64,000 nt of DNA from Acholeplasmatales bacterium (GTDB lineage Bacteria; Bacillota_I; Bacilli_A; ML615J-28; CAG-313), in NCBI GenBank assembly GCA_003539625.1, contig DPOU01000003.1:21590-85589 (forward strand), in the 5' to 3' direction. Under the pieces are notes generated by a model that ran no database searches, was not told where the DNA came from, and worked only from the letters and a program-made list of their open reading frames with translations. The translations under genes were made by a program, and so were the position numbers. This document shows positions 40,851 through 50,823 of the stretch, piece by piece (the stretch's first letter is position 1; every line of letters starts with the position of its first letter).

Positions 40851-41945
40851 TTATAGTTTTATTGTGCCTAGTAATTTTTCAAGCATTTCAATAGGTTTAC
40901 TCATTGATTCTTCTATTGTTGCAACATTTGGAACAATAGGGTATATTTCATCTTCAACACTATCAATGGTTGAACTACCACCTATTAGGATTAATCTTTT
41001 TGGATGATATTTTTTTATTCCACTTATTACTTTTCCATTTAAAGTCTGACTATCAATTTTTCCTTCGCCACTGAAAACAACATCATATTCTTTCACTAGT
41101 TTTGAAAAATTCACCAGTTCTAATAAGGTATCAATTCCTGCTTTAATACTACTTCCAAAATAATATCGCATAGTATAGCCCACACCTCCTGCTGCACCTG
41201 CTCCCGGGAAATCAATAGGATGTTCTTTTAAAAGTTTATTATGCGTACATTTATAAAAATGTTTTACATTTTGTTCCATTGCAAATAGGTATTCTGGTTT
41301 TGCACCCTTTTGAGAAGCAAAAACTCTAACTGTACCTAATTCGCCAAGAACTGGATTTTGAACATCAGTTAATGTTACAAATTCTATACCTTTTATTAAT
41401 TTTTTAAAATAATTCAAATTCATTTTTCTAATTTTCATTAATTGTGAATTATTCATTTTAGTAAGTTTAAAACCTTTATCATCTAAAAACTCCACGCCCA
41501 TTGCTTCTAGCATCCCTGCCCCCATATCTGTGGTTGCGGAACCTCCAATACCAAGAACAATTTTCTTTGGATGATGAATTTCAATTACTTTTTTCATTAA
41601 TTGACCAAGTCCATAAGTTGAACTTTTTACCGCATCTTTCTTATCATTCGGTATTTTAGTAAGCCCTGATGCTTCTGCAAGTTCAATATAAGCTATCTTT
41701 TGATTTTCATCATATAAATATTTGGCATTTGTTTTATTAAATAAAGGATCATTTACTACCATACTTTTATATTCTAAATTTGCTACTACTTTTATTACTT
41801 CTAAAAAACCTTCACCACCATCAGATATTGGAATATATTTTGCATCATGACCCTCTTTATTGTAATGTTCACAAACTATCTTACCAACTTCACTAGAACT
41901 TAAAGTCCCTTTAAACGAATCACATATTGCTAGAATTTTTAACAT
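40851..41945 (-). CDS. glycerate kinase
   Basis: CDSFKGTLSS N-terminus, GGSATTDMGAGML and GEGKIDSQTLNGK. Confidence 0.88.
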   Translation of the reverse strand: MLKILAICDSFKGTLSSSEVGKIVCEHYNKEGHDAKYIPISDGGEGFLEVIKVVANLEYKSMVVNDPLFNKTNAKYLYDENQKIAYIELAEASGLTKIPNDKKDAVKSSTYGLGQLMKKVIEIHHPKKIVLGIGGSATTDMGAGMLEAMGVEFLDDKGFKLTKMNNSQLMKIRKMNLNYFKKLIKGIEFVTLTDVQNPVLGELGTVRVFASQKGAKPEYLFAMEQNVKHFYKCTHNKLLKEHPIDFPGAGAAGGVGYTMRYYFGSSIKAGIDTLLELVNFSKLVKEYDVVFSGEGKIDSQTLNGKVISGIKKYHPKRLILIGGSSTIDSVEDEIYPIVPNVATIEESMSKPIEMLEKLLGTIKL

Positions 41946-42585
41946 TATCTTCCTTCCTTGTTTTGAATAATTCTTTCTTGAATAGATCAGAGATACGTTT
42001 ATATACCATAAAAGTTACTATTGAAGCTAATATAGATAATAATAAATTAAATGGTAATACTGCACCAAATAGATATAACCTCATAAAGTTGTTTTCATTG
42101 ATGCTAGGTAATACTTTTTTACAAACTTCAATAATCATTGCCATTCCACCAGCATCAGCATAGAATTTTGCGTAGAAATCGATTAAAAAGGCATAGTTAG
42201 TAATAATAGCCATTAATACCCAGGCAATTGAACCAAATATTAAAGCTATAGCTCCACCCTTTTTAGTCTTAATCTTTTTATATATTATTGAACTTGTTAA
42301 AACTGTTGCAATTCCAATTAGAAAGTCAGCAAGTTCACCAACACAAGCAGTTGAACTAAATGGTAGTTTTATTAATGTTCTTATTGCTACTATTAGTCCT
42401 CCTGCAAAAGGTCCTAAAATAAATCCGCCTAGAATTGCCGGTAAATTAGAAAATTGAATTTCTAAAAAACTAGGGAATAAAAAAGGTAGAGGAAATTTGG
42501 GTATAAAATACAATATACTTGATAAGGCCGCAAGTATTGCGATTTTTGTCATATAATCTATTGTTTTTTTGTTTTTATCTTTCAT
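41920..42585 (-). CDS. ribU: riboflavin ECF transporter S component RibU
   Basis: A multi-TM protein directly downstream of an FMN riboswitch. ATG at 42585 follows GGAGA and the riboswitch terminator. The track start at 42639 lies inside the terminator hairpin. Confidence 0.8.
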   Translation of the reverse strand: MKDKNKKTIDYMTKIAILAALSSILYFIPKFPLPFLFPSFLEIQFSNLPAILGGFILGPFAGGLIVAIRTLIKLPFSSTACVGELADFLIGIATVLTSSIIYKKIKTKKGGAIALIFGSIAWVLMAIITNYAFLIDFYAKFYADAGGMAMIIEVCKKVLPSINENNFMRLYLFGAVLPFNLLLSILASIVTFMVYKRISDLFKKELFKTRKEDNVKNSSNM

Positions 42586-42600
42586 TTTATTCTCCATATA

Positions 42601-42755
42601 AAAACCCCTAAATATACATTCAGGGGGGTATTTTAACATATTGTCAAATCTTCTTTCATCTAGACTATACTATCGGTTTTGGAATTTCACCAAATCATGC
42701 AAATGCTTGTGGACTTTACCACCGGTCGGGATTTTCACCCTGCCCTGAAGATACT
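42601..42755 (-). ncRNA. FMN riboswitch (RFN element) with terminator expression platform
   Basis: Minus-strand RNA reads UCUUCAGGGCAGGGUGAAAAUCCCGACCGGUGGUAAAGUCCACAAGC...UUUGGUGAAAUUCCAAAACCGAUAGUAUAGUCUAGAUGAAAGAAGA, matching the conserved RFN core. It is followed by CCCCUGAA-uguaua-UUUAGGGG and UUUUAU. Confidence 0.95.
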
Positions 42756-42972
42756 TTTATTCTAAACCAATATGCTAGATTTTACAAATAAATTGCTTAA
42801 GATTTACGTCTATTGTTATGAATTTCACTTGATATTTCATTCTTTAAATTTTCTTCTAATTCTTTTTCACTCACAAAATTTTTGGTTAAGTTTCGTAAGC
42901 CTTCATTTATTCTTTTCTTTTTCATTCTTTTCACCAATAAATTGTATGTTGAAACTTTATAAAAAAGTACTA

Positions 42973-43737
42973 TTATTTTAGAATTCTTTTGATATCAGAG
43001 CATTCATATCCTTTTGCTAGTAACCTTGCAATTATTTTTTCTTTTTCAATGTTCTTATCTTGCAATTTTTCGTATTCTTTTATTAATCGTTCTTGTGAAT
43101 TATCTGTAAAAGTAATATTACTCATTGCATAGTTAATGGCATCTTGTCCATAACCTTCTCTTAGCAATTTTTCTATTAATTGCATTTTTTGTTTTTTTAT
43201 TGGATAATCAGATTCCGGTTTAACAAGTTTTTCAGCAATTCTTAATGCATTAGCAAATTCATCATCTTTTTCGTATTTGCTGAGATTTTCATTTATTAAG
43301 TCTTGTTCTATACCTTTTTTTATTAAGAGATTGTAAATTGCTTTTTTTCCTTTGCCTTTTCTAATTAATTCCTCGGTATAACGATTGGCATATCTTTCAT
43401 CATCAATAAAACCAATTTTTTCAAGCTTTTTGATAATTTTATTAATGGTACTTTCGTCAAGTTGGAATTTTGTTAAATACTCATTTATCTCTTTTTTGGT
43501 TCTTGGTTTGAAATCGATAAAATGCAATGCTTTGTTGTAATACACCGTATTATCAACGTCAGTCATTAAAGTTTTATAAGTTTTTTGATCTAAGACATTA
43601 CCTTTTATTAAACGATAACTTACTATTTGATCTTCATTTACTAAATAGTCTTCATCAATTTCTTCAAACCTTAGGTAATATTTTTTACCATTTTTAACTA
43701 CTTCTTTTATAGTGTATGCTTTATTTACTTGGCTCAT
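42973..43737 (-). CDS. recX: recombination regulator RecX
   Basis: Repeated three-helix modules (EINEYLTKFQLDESTINKIIKKLEKIGFIDDERYA; KGKKAIYNLLIKKGIEQDLI). The start was re-assigned to MSQVNKAYT. Confidence 0.75.
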   Translation of the reverse strand: MSQVNKAYTIKEVVKNGKKYYLRFEEIDEDYLVNEDQIVSYRLIKGNVLDQKTYKTLMTDVDNTVYYNKALHFIDFKPRTKKEINEYLTKFQLDESTINKIIKKLEKIGFIDDERYANRYTEELIRKGKGKKAIYNLLIKKGIEQDLINENLSKYEKDDEFANALRIAEKLVKPESDYPIKKQKMQLIEKLLREGYGQDAINYAMSNITFTDNSQERLIKEYEKLQDKNIEKEKIIARLLAKGYECSDIKRILK

Positions 43738-44719
43738 TTTCCTTTTCCACCTGCTCTGGACTATCATAAGTAAATCCTTCACCATGAACTTCACTTACCC
43801 TTGCGACAAAAATGAATGCACGTTTATCAATTTCTAAAATAAGAGTTTTCATTTTATAGAATTCATTATTAGACATTACGCAAACTAACATTTTTTTATC
43901 TTCTTGTCTATAGCCGCCTCTTGAATATATTTCAGTAACACCACGTTCTAAAACACTATATATTTTATTTTTTACTGCTTCAGGATCACTTGTTATAATA
44001 TAGACAGCTCGTGAATTAAAGCCACTAAAGACAATAGCATCCAATACCACACCAGATAAATATATAAATAAGAAACCATATAGAATCATAAAGAAATCTT
44101 TAAAATAGATTGCGGCAACAGTAACAATTGTACCATCTATCATTAATAAACTAATTGAAAAAGGTATCTTAAACCTATCTAACAGTATTTGTTGAATTAT
44201 ATCAACACCACCTGTTGATGCTCCTTTTTTCAAGGCAAGACCAAGGCCAAATCCTGAAATTACGGCACCAAATATTATTACTAACAAATATGATCCTGCC
44301 ATAATTGCGTTAGCGGCATTTTGTCCAAGAGCAATATCGGATAATTTAATTGCTAATTCTTCTTTTGTTAAAGATAAATCTGGGACAACATCTTGTAATA
44401 ATAGAATTATCTTTTCAAACATAAATACATATACTGGATAAATTAATGATGTATACAGAGTTTTTAAAAAGAATTTTTTACCAACAAAGATCAAGGCTAT
44501 TAGCAATAACACTACGTTTATAATTAGAATAATAAATGAAGAGTTTATTTTTAACCCTGTTATTGCATTAGATAAAATAGTAGCTATTCCGCCTACTCCA
44601 CCTATTACTAATTTATTCCTATCTATCAAGATGCTATATGCCATAGCCATCAAAAATACTCCTAAATTAATTGTTAAAAAATCTTTAATATGTTTTTTGG
44701 TTATTTTTATTTTTTTCAT
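43721..44719 (-). CDS. YitT-family membrane protein (DUF2179), second paralogue
   Basis: Same architecture as 8716..9771 (GASTGGVDII, with a soluble C-terminal domain). Confidence 0.7.
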   Translation of the reverse strand: MKKIKITKKHIKDFLTINLGVFLMAMAYSILIDRNKLVIGGVGGIATILSNAITGLKINSSFIILIINVVLLLIALIFVGKKFFLKTLYTSLIYPVYVFMFEKIILLLQDVVPDLSLTKEELAIKLSDIALGQNAANAIMAGSYLLVIIFGAVISGFGLGLALKKGASTGGVDIIQQILLDRFKIPFSISLLMIDGTIVTVAAIYFKDFFMILYGFLFIYLSGVVLDAIVFSGFNSRAVYIITSDPEAVKNKIYSVLERGVTEIYSRGGYRQEDKKMLVCVMSNNEFYKMKTLILEIDKRAFIFVARVSEVHGEGFTYDSPEQVEKENEPSK

Positions 44720-44727
44720 TTTTTCAC

Positions 44728-45822
44728 CTACTTAGTACTTTTATACCACTTTAAATATGCATTTAAAAATAATTCTAAATCACCATCTAGTACATTTGAG
44801 GGTGATGAGCTTTCCACATTAGTTCTATGGTCTTTCACCATAGCATATGGGTGAAGAACATAACTTCTAATTTGGCTACCAAAAGCATTATCAGTAATTG
44901 GTGTTCCAATATTTTTTTTCAAATTTTCTTTTTCTTCTAGCATTTTTTGATATAGTTTTGATTTTAAAACTTGCATAGCTCTTTCACGGTTTTGAATTTG
45001 ACTACGCTCATTTTGGCAATTCACTACAATACCAGTAGGAATATGAGTAATACGCACTGCTGAATCAGTTGTATTGACATGTTGTCCTCCGGCGCCACTA
45101 GAGCGATATGTATCAATTTTTATATCTTCGGGATTAATAACTATTTCTACGTTGTCATCTATTTCAGGCATAACATTACATGCAACAAAGGAAGTATGCC
45201 TTCTTGCATTACTATCAAATGGTGATATTCTAACAAGTCGATGAACGCCCTTTTCACCTTTTAAGATACCATATGCATTAGGTCCTTTAACCGCAAATGT
45301 AACACTTTTTATTCCAGCATCACTTGCTTCTTGGTAATCTAATAACTCAAAATCGAAATTGTTTCTTTCTGCGTAACGTTTATACATTCTATATAGCATT
45401 AATGCCCAATCTTGTGATTCAGTACCACCGGCACCAGGATGAAGTTCCATAATGGCATTTAAATGATCATATTCTTCATCTAGAAGTAATGCTATTTCAA
45501 ATTTTTCTAATTCGCTATTTAAGTTTTTGATTAGTGATTCTGCCTCATCAAATAGGCTTTCATCATTTAATTCAACGATTGTCTCTAAATCTTCAAGATC
45601 TTTGCTTAGAGTTTGAAATTTAGTTAATTTTTCTTTTAGTTCATTATTGCGTTGTAAAAATTTTGTCGCAGCATTAACATCCTCCCAAAAGTTTTCGGAT
45701 GCCATTACTTTTTCGTTATCTTCTATTTCTTTTTTTAATTGTTCGACTTTTATTACTTCTGAAATATCTTTTAGACGTTTTTTAAAGTTTTCTAGCCATT
45801 TTACAATTTCATACTTTTCCAT
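44728..45822 (-). CDS. prfB: peptide chain release factor 2, encoded in a single frame
   Basis: SPF tripeptide (RISPFDSN) and GGQ (SGAGGQHVNTT). The ORF is an uninterrupted 364 codons. Confidence 0.93.
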   Translation of the reverse strand: MEKYEIVKWLENFKKRLKDISEVIKVEQLKKEIEDNEKVMASENFWEDVNAATKFLQRNNELKEKLTKFQTLSKDLEDLETIVELNDESLFDEAESLIKNLNSELEKFEIALLLDEEYDHLNAIMELHPGAGGTESQDWALMLYRMYKRYAERNNFDFELLDYQEASDAGIKSVTFAVKGPNAYGILKGEKGVHRLVRISPFDSNARRHTSFVACNVMPEIDDNVEIVINPEDIKIDTYRSSGAGGQHVNTTDSAVRITHIPTGIVVNCQNERSQIQNRERAMQVLKSKLYQKMLEEKENLKKNIGTPITDNAFGSQIRSYVLHPYAMVKDHRTNVESSSPSNVLDGDLELFLNAYLKWYKSTK

Positions 45823-45881
45823 AATAGCCTCCTTTTTCTAAAATTAGCAAGCTTAACAACGCTAAACTTGCTAATATTTTT

Positions 45882-48401
45882 TTATTTTTCGTTCATACCA
45901 CAACAATATTTATATTTTTTACCAGAGCCACAAGGACATGGGTCATTTCTGCCAACTTTTTTATCCTTATTAACAACTGGTTTACGTTTTGCGGTCTCAT
46001 CTGCACCAGCATTAGTACCTGTTACTTTTGCTTGTTCTTCACGTTGTAAATTTTCACGAAGAATAACTCTATTTACATTTAATACTACTTCATCATTAAT
46101 TGTAGCTATCATATCATTAAATGTTTCAAAAGCAATTTGTTGATACTCACGAAGTGGGTTAATTTGTGCATATGATTGAAGTCCAATACTTTGACGTAGA
46201 TTACTCATTTGATCAATATGATCCATCCAATGGCTATCTACTACTCTTAGTAATACAACCTTCAAAAATTCTTGGAACACTTCATTTGGTACTTGAGTTT
46301 TTTTATTTTCTAGTTCTTCAATGAATTTATTTTCAATTAATTCTGATAATTGTTCTTCGTTTAATCCCTCAACTTCATCAATAGTAATTTTACCACGATT
46401 AAAGAATTTTGAAGCAAATTCATTCATAAATCTTACTGCGTCTACTTCCGAATTCTTCTTTTCATGAACAATGTAACCACCTATATTTCGTTTAACAACA
46501 TTTTTAATCATCTTACGAATAGTTGGTTCCATATCATCTAAGAATAAAATATCTTTTCTTTGGCCATAAATTACTTCACGTTGTTTTCTTAAAACTTCAT
46601 CGTATTCTACAACATTTTTACGACTATCGTAGTTTGCTCCTTCAACTTTCTTTTGGGCACTTTCAACAAATCGTGAGAACATTTTTGATTCAAGTGGAGT
46701 TTCGTATCCATCAGCATCAGGGTTAGCAATCATACCTAGTAGTCTTTCAAAACGATCGCCTCCGAATCTAATCATTAGTTCATCTTGAGCTGATAAATAA
46801 AATCTACTATAACCAGGGTCTCCTTGACGTCCACTTCTACCACGCAATTGGTTATCAATACGACGTGCTTCATGACGTTCAGTACCTATTACCGCAAGAC
46901 CCCCTAATTCTCTTACACCTTCGCCTAATTTAATATCGGTACCACGACCAGCCATATTAGTTGCGATTGTAACTGAGCCTTTTTGACCAGCTTTCGCGAT
47001 AATTTCAGCTTCACGTTCATGTTGTTTAGCATTCAAAACACTGTGTGGAATACCATTACGTTTTAATAAATTAGATAATAGTTCACTTGATTCAATTGAA
47101 ATAGTACCTACTAGAACTGGTTGACCTTTTTCATGACGTTCTTTAATATCTTTTGCGATAGCAAGATATTTTGCTTTCATTGATCGAAATATTAAATCCG
47201 GTTCATCAATTCTTATAACTGGCACGTTGGTTGGTATTTCAACAACGAACATATTGTAAATATTTCTAAATTCTTCTTCTTCCGTTTTTGCGGTACCAGT
47301 CATACCTGCAAGTTTCTTATACATTCTAAAGTAGTTTTGATATGTAATTGTAGCTAAAGTACGAGTTTCCTTCTTAATTTGAACATTTTCTTTTGCTTCA
47401 ATTGCTTGGTGTAAACCATCACTCCATTGACGTCCTACCATTAAACGACCAGTGAATGGGTCAACAATAACAATTGCACCTTCATGAACTACATAATCTT
47501 TATCTTTTTCCATAATGTAGTTTGCTCTTAAAGCATTATTAATATGATGAACAATTGTAACATTCTTAACATCATATAGATTGTCTACATTAAAATATTT
47601 TTCAGCTTTTGACATACCTGATTCAGTTAAAGCTACATGGCGATCTTTTACGTCAATTTCATAATCTTCTTGGTGTAAGCACTTTGCAAATGAATTGGCT
47701 TGTACATATAGGTTAGGTCCTTTTTTCTCACCACCAGATATAATTAATGGAGTTCTGGCTTCATCAATTAAAATTGAGTCAACTTCATCGACAATGGCAA
47801 AATTCATTTCAGGACGTTGAACCATTTGTTCTTTATATAAAACCATATGGTCTCTTAGATAGTCAAAGCCTAATTCACTATTTGTTGAATATGTAATATC
47901 ACAATAGTATTGTTCACGCTTTTGTTCAGAATCTAATTCACGTAAATTTAGACCTACTGTAAGTCCCAAAAATTTATGTACTTCTCCCATTTCAGTGGCA
48001 TCACGGCTTGCTAGGTATTCATTTACTGTTACAATGTGAACACCTTTACCAGGTAAAGCATTTAAATAAGCAACTAATACAGATGTAAGAGTTTTACCTT
48101 CACCTGTTTTCATCTCCGCAATATTACCAAAATGCATTGCGGCAGCACCAATAATTTGCACTTTGAATGGGGTTAATCCTAAAACACGGCTGGCAGCTTC
48201 TCTTGCTGTTGCAAAAGCCTCTACCATAATGTCATCTAAGGTTTCACCTTTTTCAAGACGTTGTTTAAACTCTGGTGTTTTGGCTTTTAATTCCTCATCA
48301 GTCAATTTTTTATATTCATCTTCTAAAGCTACAACTGCTTCAGCAACTTTACTACATTTTTTGAATTCTTTATATGTGGGGTCAAATAATTTACCAAACA
48401 T
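45882..48401 (-). CDS. secA: preprotein translocase ATPase SecA
   Basis: MKTGEGKT, DEVDSILIDEARTPLIIS and a C-terminal zinc motif CPCGSGKKYKYCCG. Confidence 0.96.
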   Translation of the reverse strand: MFGKLFDPTYKEFKKCSKVAEAVVALEDEYKKLTDEELKAKTPEFKQRLEKGETLDDIMVEAFATAREAASRVLGLTPFKVQIIGAAAMHFGNIAEMKTGEGKTLTSVLVAYLNALPGKGVHIVTVNEYLASRDATEMGEVHKFLGLTVGLNLRELDSEQKREQYYCDITYSTNSELGFDYLRDHMVLYKEQMVQRPEMNFAIVDEVDSILIDEARTPLIISGGEKKGPNLYVQANSFAKCLHQEDYEIDVKDRHVALTESGMSKAEKYFNVDNLYDVKNVTIVHHINNALRANYIMEKDKDYVVHEGAIVIVDPFTGRLMVGRQWSDGLHQAIEAKENVQIKKETRTLATITYQNYFRMYKKLAGMTGTAKTEEEEFRNIYNMFVVEIPTNVPVIRIDEPDLIFRSMKAKYLAIAKDIKERHEKGQPVLVGTISIESSELLSNLLKRNGIPHSVLNAKQHEREAEIIAKAGQKGSVTIATNMAGRGTDIKLGEGVRELGGLAVIGTERHEARRIDNQLRGRSGRQGDPGYSRFYLSAQDELMIRFGGDRFERLLGMIANPDADGYETPLESKMFSRFVESAQKKVEGANYDSRKNVVEYDEVLRKQREVIYGQRKDILFLDDMEPTIRKMIKNVVKRNIGGYIVHEKKNSEVDAVRFMNEFASKFFNRGKITIDEVEGLNEEQLSELIENKFIEELENKKTQVPNEVFQEFLKVVLLRVVDSHWMDHIDQMSNLRQSIGLQSYAQINPLREYQQIAFETFNDMIATINDEVVLNVNRVILRENLQREEQAKVTGTNAGADETAKRKPVVNKDKKVGRNDPCPCGSGKKYKYCCGMNEK

Positions 48402-48506
48402 GAAATCATCCTTTCTGTTTTCCTACATTAATTTATCTTTCTATTATGATACCAAATTTTTCGATTTTTTTCAAGTTATTAGTTATCTTTTATATTGTTA
48501 TTATTT

Positions 48507-49124
48507 TCATTCATTTGTTTTTCGTTTTCGTTCTTCTTGTGAAAACTCACATCCGCAATAATCTTGTCGATATAAGTCATATTGTTTAGATAATTCTATC
48601 GAATGTAAATATCCTTGTTCTTTCTTATAATTAGAATATAGAAATTGACATTTTTCATCGCTATATCTGTTTCCTATTTCATTTATCCAATCACTATTTT
48701 TATAGGGACTAATTGATAAAGTAGTTGTATATAAATCATAACCATTTGCCTTAGCATATTCATAAGTATCTTTTAATCTAAGTTCATAACAACTATAACA
48801 TCTTGGTGATTTTTCACCAAGTTTTTCTTTACCTTTTATGGCATTTAAATATTTATCATGGTCATATGGTAAATACTCAACATTAATATTAAGATTCATT
48901 TTTTTTACCAATTCATTTAATTCTTCTAATCGATAATCAAATTCTTCTTTTGGATAAATATTAGGATTATCAAACAGGATTGTTAAATCAAATGCCTTTG
49001 CAATAACCGAAAGCACATGGCTACTACATGGTGCACAACAACTATGTAAAAGTAATTTCTTTTTGATAGTTTCTTGATTATATTTTTCAATTTCCTTCTT
49101 AAAATCAGTATAATTGCTAATCAA
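48507..49124 (-). CDS. queH: epoxyqueuosine reductase QueH (DUF208)
   Basis: LLLHSCCAPCSS, RCYSCYELRL and a C-terminal YRQDYCGCEFS. Confidence 0.85.
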   Translation of the reverse strand: MISNYTDFKKEIEKYNQETIKKKLLLHSCCAPCSSHVLSVIAKAFDLTILFDNPNIYPKEEFDYRLEELNELVKKMNLNINVEYLPYDHDKYLNAIKGKEKLGEKSPRCYSCYELRLKDTYEYAKANGYDLYTTTLSISPYKNSDWINEIGNRYSDEKCQFLYSNYKKEQGYLHSIELSKQYDLYRQDYCGCEFSQEERKRKTNE

Positions 49125-49809
49125 TTATTTCACCCCATTTCTCTATTAATTCAGTATATACATTAATATTTGCAATCATTTTTGGACAATTTCCTTGTTC
49201 ATTTTTAGAGTTAAACCAAATAAAATCTATATCCGAATTAGTTGCAAAGCCTCCATCAATACGAATATCATTACCAATCATAAGACATTTTTCTTTCACT
49301 AATTGTAATTCTTTTGAAACTTTTTCAGATATTTCTCGTGATGGTTTTCTAAACCCAAGATCACTTGATGAATAAACCTCATCAATATATGCTAATAATT
49401 TAAATTTTTCAAGAGTTATTTTTAATAACTTTGAACTAAAAATTGAATTGCTTACTATAATAATTAGATATTTCTTTTGCTTTAAATACTTTAAAAATAA
49501 TTGTGCATCTTTTATTTCTTCATTTTTTTCACAATTTTCATAGAATATTTCTTCAAGTTTTTCATTAATTAAATTTTTATCAATTCCTAATTTTTCAAAT
49601 AATTTAGTCAAATAATCGTTAAGAGATATCTCAATACTGGTTTTTTGACGACTATTATCCATTATATTGAATAAGTTTATTCCATAATCAACAAATTCTT
49701 TCTGTTTAATATTTAGATAATTATAAATTGCAACTAGGCCGTTTTTTATTGATATTTCTTTATTTTTTACTAATGTATCTCCTAGATCTATTAAAATAGT
49801 ATCTTTCAC
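49117..49809 (-). CDS. HAD-superfamily hydrolase
   Basis: DLGDTLV, VSNS and IGNDIRIDG motifs. Its 3' end overlaps the queH start by 8 nt. Confidence 0.7.
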   Translation of the reverse strand: MKDTILIDLGDTLVKNKEISIKNGLVAIYNYLNIKQKEFVDYGINLFNIMDNSRQKTSIEISLNDYLTKLFEKLGIDKNLINEKLEEIFYENCEKNEEIKDAQLFLKYLKQKKYLIIIVSNSIFSSKLLKITLEKFKLLAYIDEVYSSSDLGFRKPSREISEKVSKELQLVKEKCLMIGNDIRIDGGFATNSDIDFIWFNSKNEQGNCPKMIANINVYTELIEKWGEIID

Positions 49810-49861
49810 TTATATCACCATTAGCATTATACTATTATTTTACATTTTCTTCAAGGTAAAA

Positions 49862-49885
49862 GAAAAGGAGGTTAACCTCCTTTTT
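49862..49885. terminator. palindromic terminator after hpf
   Basis: AAAAGGAGGTTAACCTCCTTTT is a perfect palindrome flanked by A-rich and T-rich tracts. Confidence 0.7.
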
Positions 49886-49890
49886 GTATT

Positions 49891-50433
49891 TTATTCTTTA
49901 GTTTCTATGATACCATAGCCTCCATCTTTACGAATGTATACAACCGAATGACGATGATTTGCTTCATTAACAAAAGCAAAGAAATCGTGATCCAATAGTT
50001 CCATTTGGGTAATTGCTTCATCTACTGACATAACTTCTCTATCAATTACTTTAGTTTTTGAAACATCTACAGGTTCTTTTATTTCGTCTTTAGTTTCTAA
50101 TTGACTAAAATGATTAGCAATTCCATCACGTTTTTTAATCATCGTATTAACTTTTTGCTTATGGCGCAATAGCTGTCTTTCAACCTTGTCCGTCGCAAAA
50201 TCTATTGCCGCATACAATGTGTCTGCTTTACTTTCTGCTCGTAATATTACGTGTTTTAGCGGTATTGTTATTTCAACAACAGTGTATTTGTCGAAGCCTT
50301 TGCATAATACATTAGCAACAACATTCTCACTACTATTAAACAACTTTTCGAGCGAACCTACTCTTTCGTTAATGTAGTCTCGAGCACTATCACTCATTTT
50401 AACTAAATCATTAGTTCTAACATTAATCTTCAT
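49891..50433 (-). CDS. hpf: ribosome hibernation promoting factor, long form
   Basis: MKINVRTNDL... is a sigma-54-modulation/RaiA-like N-domain, followed by a C-terminal dimerisation domain (FFAFVNEANHRHSVVYIRKDGGYGIIE). AAAGGAG lies upstream of ATG 50433. Confidence 0.9.
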   Translation of the reverse strand: MKINVRTNDLVKMSDSARDYINERVGSLEKLFNSSENVVANVLCKGFDKYTVVEITIPLKHVILRAESKADTLYAAIDFATDKVERQLLRHKQKVNTMIKKRDGIANHFSQLETKDEIKEPVDVSKTKVIDREVMSVDEAITQMELLDHDFFAFVNEANHRHSVVYIRKDGGYGIIETKE

Positions 50434-50475
50434 AAAAACAGCTCCTTTCAATGTAAAGTTCATCTTTACAATATT

Positions 50476-50504
50476 ATTATACCAAATACTTTAATTAATG
50501 TAAA
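50476..50504 (-). promoter_or_regulatory. sigma-A promoter for hpf
   Basis: Minus strand has TTTACA, a 17-nt spacer, then TATAAT with a TGg extended -10. Confidence 0.5.
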
Positions 50505-50621
50505 TATTTTTATTAGTATTTTTTATAATAAATTCAGATTAATGTTTACTTTTTTTCACTTTTATGACTTTATTAATTTAAATATCTACATTATTTTGAT
50601 TATATTTTAACATTTTTAGAT

Positions 50622-50653
50622 TATAAAAAATGCCTTAAATAATTAAGGCATTT
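50622..50653 (-). terminator. rho-independent terminator downstream of the frameshifted small ORF
   Basis: Minus strand has an 11-bp stem, AAATGCCTTAA-ttat-TTAAGGCATTT, followed by TTTTTATAA. Confidence 0.7.
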
Positions 50654-50823
50654 ATCCAATCAAAACGAAAACATCTTCATCGCTATGATTTAGTAATTCA
50701 GTTAAATCTTCATACATAGTATAATCATTAATAAACCAATATACGTTTTTTGCATGTAAAAATAAATATTCAATACACTTATCAAAAATTATTTTACCTT
50801 TATATTTTTCAATGTTAATCATA
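50652..50823 (-). pseudogene. small ORF interrupted by a frameshift in an A6 run (T6 on the plus strand at 50746..50751)
   Basis: Own translation gives MINIEKYKGKIIFDKCIEYLFFTCKK, then a stop after 5 more codons. The -1 frame continues NVYWFINDYTMYEDLTELLNHSDEDVFVLIG* and ends in the terminator. One fewer A would restore a single ORF of about 56 aa. Confidence 0.3.

Noticed and set aside
42772-42981. 69-aa plus-strand ORF between the FMN riboswitch and recX
   Set aside because: It is a Phe/Leu/Ser-rich translation of T-rich spacer, has no SD and runs into the recX 3' end. The opposite-strand 42-aa ORF is marginally more plausible.
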